From an uncultured Desulfobacterales bacterium (GTDB taxonomy: Bacteria > Desulfobacterota > Desulfobaccia > Desulfobaccales > 0-14-0-80-60-11): DNA of 24,000 nt. Below the pieces are notes generated by a model. That model did no database searches. It was not told where the DNA came from and saw nothing but the letters and a program-made list of their open reading frames with translations. The position numbers were made by a program, and so were the translations under genes. The stretch spans positions 32,799 through 56,798 of the forward strand of contig CAZUBT010000010.1 in assembly GCA_964618815.1 (NCBI GenBank). Reading direction: 5' to 3'. Of this stretch, positions 11,163 through 18,008 are shown one piece after another. Numbering within the stretch: position 1 is the first letter of the stretch; each line of letters starts with the position of its first letter.

Positions 11163-11176
11163 ATTGTCAGCGGGCC

Positions 11177-11461
11177 TTATTTCCCGGTCAGCTCTTGGAT
11201 TTCTTTCCGGGCGTGTTCCATCTCCTGGACCTGTTCCGGGTCCAGGCGCAGCAGCATGGTTTGGAATTCCCCCACGTGGGTCTTCTCCTCTTTGGCGATG
11301 TCCAGGAAGACCCGGCGGATGTCTTCGTCGTCTGTTAAGGCTGCCAGTTGCTCATAGAGATTGATGGCGTCCAATTCGGCGATGATGCCGATACGGAGAA
11401 GCTCTTGATTAAGCTGGCCTTTCTTGAGTTTGCTGAAATCCACGGGAATTTGCGATAACAT
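11177..11461 (-). CDS. EncFtn-like half-ferritin (ferritin-like domain) protein; no shell gene adjacent
   Basis: 94 aa with GGGAGG 8 nt upstream of the ATG. IAELDAINLYEQ ... AKEEKTHVGEF fits the E...Y / ExxH metal-ligand pattern I recall for encapsulated-ferritin family proteins. Confidence 0.55.
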   Translation of the reverse strand: MLSQIPVDFSKLKKGQLNQELLRIGIIAELDAINLYEQLAALTDDEDIRRVFLDIAKEEKTHVGEFQTMLLRLDPEQVQEMEHARKEIQELTGK

Positions 11462-11641
11462 ATAAAACCTCCCTTTTATTTCAGGTTTGGTTTATGCTCC
11501 TGTCAGGCAAATTAAGCATAAAACGCGGTAGCGTCAAGGAGAGCGGCCCTCCCCGTGAATCCCGTAATGGGTCAGCGCCCGGCCGCGGCAATGAGGGCCG
11601 GCCCTCTTAACATGGTGGACATATCCAAAAACATTTTGCTT

Positions 11642-11665
11642 AACCCGCGCCGAATTTCGGCGTTT
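11642..11665 (+). promoter_or_regulatory. Candidate ECF-type promoter (AAC-N16-CGT) upstream of the anti-sigma gene
   Basis: TTAAC (AAC at 11642-11644), 16 nt, then CGTTT (11661-11665), about 45 nt upstream of the ATG at 11711. The spacer itself is the palindrome CGCCGAA-T-TTCGGCG. Confidence 0.25.
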
Positions 11666-11710
11666 CCGGTGTTTTTTTAATCAGCAGCAATTTTTCCCGG
11701 AGAGGACCCC

Positions 11711-12145
11711 ATGCAGGCCAAGTGCCCAGAAGTGCAGAAAAGGTTGTCCGCCTGGCTGGACGGCGAGTTGGAGGAGACCTGGCTGGCCGCCCTGTCAGCG
11801 CATCTGGAGGGCTGTGCCCCATGCCGCCGGGAGCTGGCCCAGCTCCAGGCCCTGGACGCGGCCCTGGGGGACCTGCCCGCGCCCGCGCCCCTTTACCTGG
11901 CGGACCGGGTCCTGGCCCGCCTAGCCCGGCCACCGCGTCGTTGGTGGCAGTCCCTGGCCCTGGCCGCCACCCTGGTGATGGGCCTGACCCTGGGAGGCGC
12001 CCTGGCCCGCAATTTTTATCCCATGGCCCCGGCCAATGGCGACGGCGCGGAAATGGCGGCCCTGGAAGACTTTCAAGACTTTCCGGCGGGCTCTTTGGGC
12101 GCAGTCCTGGCCTCTTATCATCCTGAAGAAGGTAACGGCCTGTGA
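11711..12145 (+). CDS. Anti-sigma factor, zf-HC2 (ZAS) type, single-pass membrane
   Basis: 144 aa. HLEGCAPC provides the H-x3-C-x2-C motif after an N-terminal helix. One hydrophobic segment is present (WWQSLALAATLVMGLTLGGALA). Confidence 0.8.
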   Translation: MQAKCPEVQKRLSAWLDGELEETWLAALSAHLEGCAPCRRELAQLQALDAALGDLPAPAPLYLADRVLARLARPPRRWWQSLALAATLVMGLTLGGALARNFYPMAPANGDGAEMAALEDFQDFPAGSLGAVLASYHPEEGNGL

Positions 12146-12690
12146 AGCGGAACTGGCTTCTCTATCTGGTGATTTTTTCCCTGGCCCTGAATCTTGGGAC
12201 CATCAGCGCGTTCTTCTATCTGCGCTACCAGGATCAAAAAATGGTCGGTCTGCGGGAGTTCAAGCCCCCCTTGCCCATGAGGGAGTTGTGGCGGGCTTTG
12301 CATCTGGCGGATGAGCAGCGCCGGGCCTTGCGGGACCTGCTCCCGGACCATCGCCGCCGGGTGCTGGGGCTGAGAGAGGATTTGGCCCGGAAGCGCCTGG
12401 AGCTGTTTGAGTTGATCAAAGGTGAGGCCCCGCCCCAAAGTGCGGTTCAGGGAAAAGTGCAGGAGATCAGCAGCCTCCAGGGCGGGCTGGAAGAGGAAAT
12501 GGTGCGCTTTCTGCTGGAGTTCAAGAAGCACCTCCAACCTCAGCAGCAAGCCGCGATGGCGGAGCTGATGCAGCAGCGTTTATGCGGGCCCCCGGACTGC
12601 GGGCCCCGGGGACCGCACCCGCCGGACCGCGGCGGCCGCATGGGCCGGGGGCCTGTGGGACCAAAGGGGCCGCCTCCCGAGGGCCCCTGA
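12142..12690 (+). CDS. Periplasmic heavy-metal sensor / Spy-CpxP-ZraP-like (Metal_resist-type) protein
   Basis: 182 aa. The GTG start overlaps the upstream stop (GTGA). Has an N-terminal signal/anchor and coiled LxxxQ-type repeats (LHLADEQRRAL, HLQPQQQAAMAEL). The C-terminal tail is Gly/Pro-rich and contains CGPPDC. Confidence 0.72.
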   Translation: MKRNWLLYLVIFSLALNLGTISAFFYLRYQDQKMVGLREFKPPLPMRELWRALHLADEQRRALRDLLPDHRRRVLGLREDLARKRLELFELIKGEAPPQSAVQGKVQEISSLQGGLEEEMVRFLLEFKKHLQPQQQAAMAELMQQRLCGPPDCGPRGPHPPDRGGRMGRGPVGPKGPPPEGP

Positions 12691-12876
12691 TAGCGGTTAG
12701 CAGTCAGCTTTAAGCGGCCGGGAAAAAATCAGCCCCGTATCAGTAGCCCCAGGCTTTAGCCCCCCTCCATGAAACCCTTGATTTTTGGACACACCACGCG
12801 GCGCCCCTACCGAGGAAGGTGTGGTGGGCGGTTCCAACCCGCATTTGGGTTCCTCTCGCTAATTCCTGGTCTTTTT

Positions 12877-12895
12877 AACCGAAAACCGAAAACGG
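12877..12895 (+). repeat. Heptad array (CCGAAAA)x2
   Basis: AACCGAAAACCGAAAACGG, 35 nt upstream of the ATG at 12931. Confidence 0.7.
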
Positions 12896-12930
12896 TATAA
12901 GTGGTTGGGGAAGGAGGTTCAAATACCACC

Positions 12931-13329
12931 ATGAAAATATCTTCCCTGGATAAATTGACCGGCCTGGATTGGGGGATTAAGGTTATCGCGGTGGGCATTG
13001 AATTTGTGGGCATCGCCATCATTGTGGCGGGGGCCATCATCACCACCGGCATTTTTCTTAAGGCCATTATCAAGGAGAGATCCCTGGACAAATGTTACCA
13101 GAGGTATCGCAGCGATTTCGGCAAAGCGGTGCTCCTGGGATTGGAGTTTCTGGTGGCCTCGGATATCCTGTCCACCGTGGCGGTGGGCCTCACTTTTCAG
13201 GACCTGGGGATGTTGGGGCTGCTGGTCCTTATCCGCACCTTTTTGAGCTTTGCCCTGGAGGTGGAGATCAACGGCCACTGGCCCTGGAAAAACAGTGAAA
13301 TGGCCGCGAAATCCGGGGCCAAAGATTAA
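12931..13329 (+). CDS. DUF1622-family small membrane protein
   Basis: The family core LLGLEFLVASDILSTV ... LLVLIRTFLSFALEVE is flanked by TM segments. GGAGG lies at 12913-12917. The ORF track extends upstream to GTG 12901, but ATG 12931 is more plausible. Confidence 0.7.
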   Translation: MKISSLDKLTGLDWGIKVIAVGIEFVGIAIIVAGAIITTGIFLKAIIKERSLDKCYQRYRSDFGKAVLLGLEFLVASDILSTVAVGLTFQDLGMLGLLVLIRTFLSFALEVEINGHWPWKNSEMAAKSGAKD

Positions 13330-13356
13330 TCGGAGCCTAAAAGAAAGTTCATTCCC

Positions 13357-13373
13357 GTAGGCGCGGCTCGCGC
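13357..13373 (+). repeat. GTAG-headed REP-like hairpin
   Basis: GTAG GCGCG GCT CGCGC. Confidence 0.45.
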
Positions 13374-13409
13374 AACGTCTTTACATGGGCCATTGAAGAT
13401 AACGAGAGA

Positions 13410-13472
13410 AAATGTGGAACAGCCGCCCCCGGCTGTGCTTTTTCCCACCTGCGTCAGCAGGCGAGGGCGCCT
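13410..13472 (+). repeat. Composite hairpin repeat / terminator (copy 2)
   Basis: The 27-nt core is identical to 1358-1384. The stem ACAGCCG/CGGCTGT is followed by GCTTTTT. The GGCGAGGGCGCCT tail is shared with 1423-1435. Confidence 0.65.
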
Positions 13473-13724
13473 GCTCTATATCGCATTTATTTTATCGGCA
13501 TATCAATCGCATTATAAGAGGGTTATTCCCATTTAAGGGGTGCGAAACTTGAGTTATTAACAGCTCACGGCTCACTGCCAATACCCCCTTCCCCGGCCTC
13601 CGGCGCCCCAGGCCAACCGGAGTTCCCGCTTTTTCCTTGCCAACTGCCCACAAATTCAGATATTTTCCTATATTTAGGCAATTCTTTCGGCACGGGGTTG
13701 ATCCCCCCGTTATCCGGGAAAGAC

Positions 13725-14597
13725 ATGACCAACCTCCCCGATCTGCTCCAGTTCATCTTCGCCGGTTTGACCGGGGGGGCCATCTATGCCCTGGTGGCCC
13801 TGGGGTTTGGGGTGGTGCACAACACCATGGGCATCGTCAATTTCACCCAGGTGGATTTCGTGTCCCTGGGGGGCATGGTGCTCTACAGCGCCCTGTTTGC
13901 CGCGGGCCTGCCCATGCCCCTGGCCCTAACCGTGGGGGTGGCGGGCGTTACCCTGGCGGCAATTGCGGTGGAGTTCTTAGGCATCCGCCCCTCCCGCTCC
14001 CAGAGCCACCTGGTGCTGATCTTTTTGACCATCGGGCTGTCCATCATCCTCCGGGGGCTAATGAAGATAGTCTGGGGGAAAAACCGCATGGCCGTGCCGC
14101 CCCTGACCGGAGAAGAGCCGGTTAAGCTCCTGGGGGCCGCCATCCTGCCCCAGACCCTGTGGATCCTGGCCTTGACCGCCCTGGCCATCGTGGGGCTGGT
14201 GCTGTTTTTCCGGAAGACTTCCATGGGCCTGGCCATGCGGGGGGTGGCGGCCAACGAAACCGCGGCCGCGGTGGTGGGGCTCAAAGTCCGGCGGGTCAAG
14301 GCCATGAGCTTCGCCCTGGCCGGGGCCTTAGGCGGCCTGGCGGGCTGCCTGGTGACCCCCATCACCACGCTTTCCTACGACGTGGGGGTGCTCCTGGGCC
14401 TCAAGGGCTTCGCCGCGGCCATCTTAGGGGGGTTCGGCTCCTTCCCCGGGGCCATCTTAGGCGGCCTCATCCTGGGCCTCCTGGAATCCCTGGGCGCGGC
14501 CTACATCAGCAGCGCGTATAAGGACGTCTTCGCGTTCGTGGTGCTGCTCTTGGTGCTGTTTGTGCGGCCTAAAGGTCTGCTGGGCGGGGAAGGGTAA
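13725..14597 (+). CDS. livH: Branched-chain amino acid ABC transporter permease (LivH-type)
   Basis: About 290 aa, polytopic. Family motifs: LLQFIFAGLTGGAIYALVALGF, MGIVNF, and the C-terminal VLLLVLFVRPKGLLG. The ORF track start at 13698 is probably too long. Confidence 0.9.
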   Translation: MTNLPDLLQFIFAGLTGGAIYALVALGFGVVHNTMGIVNFTQVDFVSLGGMVLYSALFAAGLPMPLALTVGVAGVTLAAIAVEFLGIRPSRSQSHLVLIFLTIGLSIILRGLMKIVWGKNRMAVPPLTGEEPVKLLGAAILPQTLWILALTALAIVGLVLFFRKTSMGLAMRGVAANETAAAVVGLKVRRVKAMSFALAGALGGLAGCLVTPITTLSYDVGVLLGLKGFAAAILGGFGSFPGAILGGLILGLLESLGAAYISSAYKDVFAFVVLLLVLFVRPKGLLGGEG

Positions 14598-14600
14598 CAC

Positions 14601-14672
14601 ATGTGGGGTACGTCCTACGAGCCCGATCCGGTGCAGTGGTCCGCTGACTTCAAGACCAGGAGAATGCCATGA
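14601..14672 (+). pseudogene. Probable 3' remnant (about 20 codons) of a DUF4258-type toxin gene
   Basis: The short frame ...SYEPDPVQWSADFKTRRMP* resembles the conserved C-terminus (..YxPDPxxWxxDFxxRR) of the toxins I recall upstream of YgiT-type antitoxins. Its TGA overlaps the antitoxin ATG (ATGA at 14669-14672). Upstream sequence is replaced by the end of livH. Confidence 0.35.
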
Positions 14673-14893
14673 AATGTGTTATTTGTCGTCAAGGCGAGAC
14701 TTTTCCCGGAATGGTGACCGTCCCTATGCAGCGCGGGGAGACCACGGTAATTTTCAAGCAGGTTCCCGCAGAGGTTTGCGAGAACTGCGGAGAATATTTT
14801 CTGACCCAGGCGGTAACCGACCGGTTGCTGACCAGGGCGGAGGAAGCGGTCAAGAAGGGGGCGGAAGTGGAGATTCTGCGTTACGCGGCGTGA
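14669..14893 (+). CDS. YgiT-type zinc-finger protein (MqsA-family antitoxin-like)
   Basis: 74 aa. MKCVICRQGE...VPAEVCENCGEYFL gives the two CxxC pairs in the typical YgiT arrangement. CAGGAGA RBS upstream. Confidence 0.8.
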   Translation: MKCVICRQGETFPGMVTVPMQRGETTVIFKQVPAEVCENCGEYFLTQAVTDRLLTRAEEAVKKGAEVEILRYAA

Positions 14894-14910
14894 TGGGGCA
14901 ATTATTTCTT

Positions 14911-14940
14911 CTGGTTCCCAAGCAGGAACTTGGGAACCAG
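14911..14940. repeat. Perfect 12-bp stem hairpin
   Basis: CTGGTTCCCAAG (14911-14922), loop CAGGAA, CTTGGGAACCAG (14929-14940). There is no strong T-run, so it is more likely a repeat-family hairpin than a classical terminator. Confidence 0.6.
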
Positions 14941-14974
14941 ATAAATTCTAAGCGATTTCATGGTGAGTAAGAAC

Positions 14975-15082
14975 ATGCAACGCATCCTCATGGGCAATGA
15001 GGCCATGGGCCGGGGTATTGTGGAGTGCGGCTGCACCCTGGCCGCGTCCTATCCCGGGACCCCGGGCTTCGAGAAGATGTAG
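14975..15082 (+). pseudogene. Truncated duplicate of the iorA 5' end (35 codons then stop)
   Basis: 14978-15048 is identical to 15600-15670 (71 of 71). Similarity continues with scattered substitutions to about 15074. It encodes MQRILMGNEAMGRGIVECGCTLAASYPGTPGFEKM*. Confidence 0.8.
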
Positions 15083-15084
15083 TT

Positions 15085-15503
15085 CCCCCCTTTTCTAAAG
15101 GGGGGTTAGGGGGGATTATAAGGTGCTCCCTTACAACAAGAGACTTAAAAAATTTGCCAGAGACCTGCGGAAGAACATGACAGAGGCCGAATTTTTTCTT
15201 TGGATGAGGATCAGGAAAAGGCAAATAGAGAACCTCCAATTTTATCGGCAGCGAATTATATGCAACTACATTGTCGATTTCTATTGCCCGCAAGCAAAAT
15301 TAGTCATCGAAATTGACGGCAGTCAACATTATTCTGAGGAAGGGATGGCAAAAGACAGGGAGCGAGACAATCATCTGACCGATTTGGGGATGACCGTCCT
15401 GAGATTTTCTGCCAGGGAAGTCTTTACAAATACTGAAGGGGTTATGGAATGTATTTACAGTCACTTAGGTAATCCCCCCTGACCCCCCTTTAAAAAAGGG
15501 GGG
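15085..15503 (+). mobile_element. Compact TIR-bounded unit carrying only a DUF559 endonuclease ORF (candidate selfish element)
   Basis: Left end CCCCCCTTTTCTAAAGGGGGGTTAGGGGGGATTA (15085-15118). Reverse complement of the right end (15470-15503) is CCCCCCTTTTTTAAAGGGGGGTCAGGGGGGATTA. They match at 32 of 34. Each end is itself a C6-N9-G6 hairpin. The interior is AT-rich relative to the flanks. Confidence 0.55.
15123..15482 (+). CDS. DUF559 (Vsr-like / PD-(D/E)XK fold) endonuclease domain protein
   Basis: 119 aa. The pattern LRKNMTEAEFFLW...YIVDFYCPQAKLVIEIDGSQH...RDNHLTDLGMTVLRFSAREV is the classic DUF559 pattern. GTG start. The TGA stop lies inside the right TIR. Confidence 0.88.
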   Translation: MLPYNKRLKKFARDLRKNMTEAEFFLWMRIRKRQIENLQFYRQRIICNYIVDFYCPQAKLVIEIDGSQHYSEEGMAKDRERDNHLTDLGMTVLRFSAREVFTNTEGVMECIYSHLGNPP

Positions 15504-15566
15504 AAGAATATGTTTGTTCTGGGGTGAATATTTTTGCTCTTTGTGAGAGTCGGTAATTATTGAATT

Positions 15567-17417
15567 ATGGCAAACAAGACACTTACATCAAATAATACCC
15601 AACGCATCCTCATGGGCAATGAGGCCATGGGCCGGGGTATTGTGGAGTGCGGCTGCACCCTGGCCGCGTCGTATCCCGGCACCCCGGCCTCGGAGATCCT
15701 CGCGGCGGTCGCGGCCTTTGCCGAAGAGACTGGTGCGGCCATTCACGCGGAGTGGTCGGTGAACGAAAAGGTGGCTTATGAAACCGCGCTGGCCAACTCC
15801 ATGGCGGGCCGCCGGTCCGCGGTGTCCATGAAGCAGGTGGGCCTCAACGTGGCCTCGGACCCCTTTCTGCGCTCCGCCTACTTAGGGGTCAAGGGCGGCC
15901 TGGTGGTCATCTCCGCGGACGACCCCGGCCCCCACAGCTCCCAGACGGAGCAGGACAGCCGCTTTTTCGCCATGTTCGCCAAGATTCCCGTACTGGACCC
16001 CGCCGGCCCCCGGGAGGCCAAAGACCTGGTGCGCCGGGCCTTGGAGCTTTCCGAAAAATACGAGATTCCGGTGATGCTGCGCCCCACCACCCGGGTGTGC
16101 CACGCCCGGCAGAATGTGCCTTTATATCCGCCCGACCGGCTGGACCGGCCCGCCCGGTTCGAGAAAAACCCCGGCCGCTGGTGCGCCACGCCCCAGTACT
16201 TGCGGGAACTGCACCGGCAGCTCAATGAAAAAATCGTCCAAATCGCCGGGGAGCCGGACTTTGCGCCCCGGTTGACCCCCGGGGACGGCTCCTACCCGGA
16301 AACCTGCATCATCGCTTCAGGGGTGGCCTTCGCCCACACCTGGGACCTCCTGGAGGATATGGGCCTCCTGGGCCGGGTGGATTTCTATCAGGTGACCATG
16401 CCGTACCCCCTGAACCGGGATTTCATCCGGCAGATCTCCGGCCATTACCGCCAGATTTTAGTTATCGAAGAAACCTATCCGGTTATCGAATTACAATTGG
16501 CAGACTCAAAGATCAGCGGCCGAAACTCCCAGGATATCCCCAATCAAGGAGAACTGACCCCGGAGGTCATCCGCCCGGCCCTGGAGAAATTTTTAAAGCT
16601 TCCCGCCCGAACCGTCATCCCGGCCCCTGCCGCGGCCGGGGCGCGGCCCACCCTGTGCGCCGGGTGCGGCCACCGGGCCGCATTTTACGCCATCCGGGAG
16701 ACCTTCCCCGGCGGCATCTTCCCCAGTGACATCGGCTGCTACACCCTGGGAATGAACCTGGGCGCGGTGGACACCTGCCACTGCATGGGGGCCGGCATCA
16801 GCCAGGCCGCGGGCTTCTACCATGCCTACGCCGCGACCGGCGGGGAAATCCCCCCCATCGTGGCCACCATCGGAGACTCCACCTTCTTTCACGCGGGGAT
16901 TCCGGCCCTCATCAACGCGGTGTTTCACAACGCCCGCATCCTGGTGGTCATCCTGGACAACGCCACCACTGCCATGACCGGCCACCAGCCCACCCCCCAG
17001 GCCGGGCTCACCGCCGGGGGGGAACCGGGGCAGCCGGTGTTCATTCCTGAACTGGTGCGGGCCTGCGGGGTCAAGTTCTTGCAGGAGGCCGACCCCTACG
17101 ACTTGCCGGGGTTTATGAGCCTGCTAAGGGAAGCCCAGGAGTATTGCCGCAGCGCAGCCGGCGGGCCCGGGGTGATCATCGCCCGGCATCCCTGCCTCCT
17201 GGACAAGGAGGCCGGAAAATCCCAGGCGGCCTACATCATGCGGGTCACCGAGGACTGCACCGGCTGCCGCCACTGCCTGGACGACTTCGAATGTCCGGCC
17301 CTGTCCCTGGACGAACTTACCGACCTTGTGGACATTGACGTGCTCCGCTGTGTGGGCTGCGGGGTGTGCGTCCACGTGTGCCCCGGCGGGGCCATTGAGG
17401 CAAAGCCATTGACATAG
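15567..17417 (+). CDS. iorA: Indolepyruvate:ferredoxin oxidoreductase, alpha subunit
   Basis: 616 aa. N-terminal LMGNEAMGRGIVECG, a TPP-binding region (GDSTFFHAG), and C-terminal 2x[4Fe-4S] motifs (CTGCRHC..., CVGCGVCVHVCP). The start codon is uncertain because the 5' end lies next to the DUF559 insertion. Confidence 0.92.
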   Translation: MANKTLTSNNTQRILMGNEAMGRGIVECGCTLAASYPGTPASEILAAVAAFAEETGAAIHAEWSVNEKVAYETALANSMAGRRSAVSMKQVGLNVASDPFLRSAYLGVKGGLVVISADDPGPHSSQTEQDSRFFAMFAKIPVLDPAGPREAKDLVRRALELSEKYEIPVMLRPTTRVCHARQNVPLYPPDRLDRPARFEKNPGRWCATPQYLRELHRQLNEKIVQIAGEPDFAPRLTPGDGSYPETCIIASGVAFAHTWDLLEDMGLLGRVDFYQVTMPYPLNRDFIRQISGHYRQILVIEETYPVIELQLADSKISGRNSQDIPNQGELTPEVIRPALEKFLKLPARTVIPAPAAAGARPTLCAGCGHRAAFYAIRETFPGGIFPSDIGCYTLGMNLGAVDTCHCMGAGISQAAGFYHAYAATGGEIPPIVATIGDSTFFHAGIPALINAVFHNARILVVILDNATTAMTGHQPTPQAGLTAGGEPGQPVFIPELVRACGVKFLQEADPYDLPGFMSLLREAQEYCRSAAGGPGVIIARHPCLLDKEAGKSQAAYIMRVTEDCTGCRHCLDDFECPALSLDELTDLVDIDVLRCVGCGVCVHVCPGGAIEAKPLT

Positions 17418-17428
17418 TGAAAGGTTCA

Positions 17429-17468
17429 CCACAGAGATATTCCGTGTCTCTGTGGTAAATATTTTTTT
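17429..17468 (+). terminator. Terminator-like hairpin between iorA and iorB
   Basis: CCACAGAGA (17429-17437) / TCTCTGTGG (17447-17455), then TAAATATTTTTTT. Confidence 0.45.
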
Positions 17469-17498
17469 CGGAAACTGAAAACTATTTAAGGAGCGGTT

Positions 17499-18008
17499 TT
17501 GAAACAGCAAATCATCGTCAGCGGCCTGGGGGGCCAGGGGGCCCTTACGGTGACCCGCTTCTTGGCGGAAGCCGCCGCGGCCGCGGGCTTTGAGGTCATC
17601 ACCTCCGAAACCCACGGCATGGCCCAGCGGGGCGGCTCCGTGATCTCCATGATCAAAGCGGGGCCTTTCCGGGGACCCCTGATCCCCGCGGGCGCGGCGG
17701 ATGTGGGCCTGTTTCTCCACCCGGATAATCTCCCGGTGCACCGCTTCTATATGAAGCCCGGGGCCCCGGTGTTGGTCAATTCCGCCCTTCCCGGCGATTA
17801 TTGGAATATCGACGCCCAGGGGATGGCGGCCCGGATGGGCCTGGCCCCCGTGGCCGCCAATCTCATTCTCCTGGGCTTTGCGGTGAAAAAAGGGTTGCTC
17901 TTTTGCGACCCTGACCTCATGGAGAAAGTCATTACAGCCAACACTCCGGCCCGTTTCCTGGAGCCGAACCTTATGGCCTTTCGAGAAGGGGTGGCCGCGG
18001 CCGGATGA
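17499..18008 (+). CDS. iorB: Indolepyruvate:ferredoxin oxidoreductase, beta subunit
   Basis: 169 aa. The IIVSGLGGQGALT...ETHGMAQRGGSV motif is typical of the oxidoreductase gamma/IorB domain. TTG start with AAGGAG upstream. Confidence 0.88.
   Translation: MKQQIIVSGLGGQGALTVTRFLAEAAAAAGFEVITSETHGMAQRGGSVISMIKAGPFRGPLIPAGAADVGLFLHPDNLPVHRFYMKPGAPVLVNSALPGDYWNIDAQGMAARMGLAPVAANLILLGFAVKKGLLFCDPDLMEKVITANTPARFLEPNLMAFREGVAAAG

Noticed and set aside
11070-11176. Searched for an encapsulin shell gene or targeting peptide associated with the EncFtn-like gene.
   Set aside because: No HK97-fold-sized ORF is adjacent on either side. The neighbours are the ATPase (convergent) and the anti-sigma gene (divergent). 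The protein is therefore reported as an orphan rather than as part of an encapsulin system.
13686-13705. Sigma54-like promoter (GGCAC-N-TTGA) just upstream of livH.
   Set aside because: Only the GGCAC half fits. The -12 element reads TGAT rather than TTGC, and it lies about 20 nt from the start codon, leaving little room for a 5' UTR.
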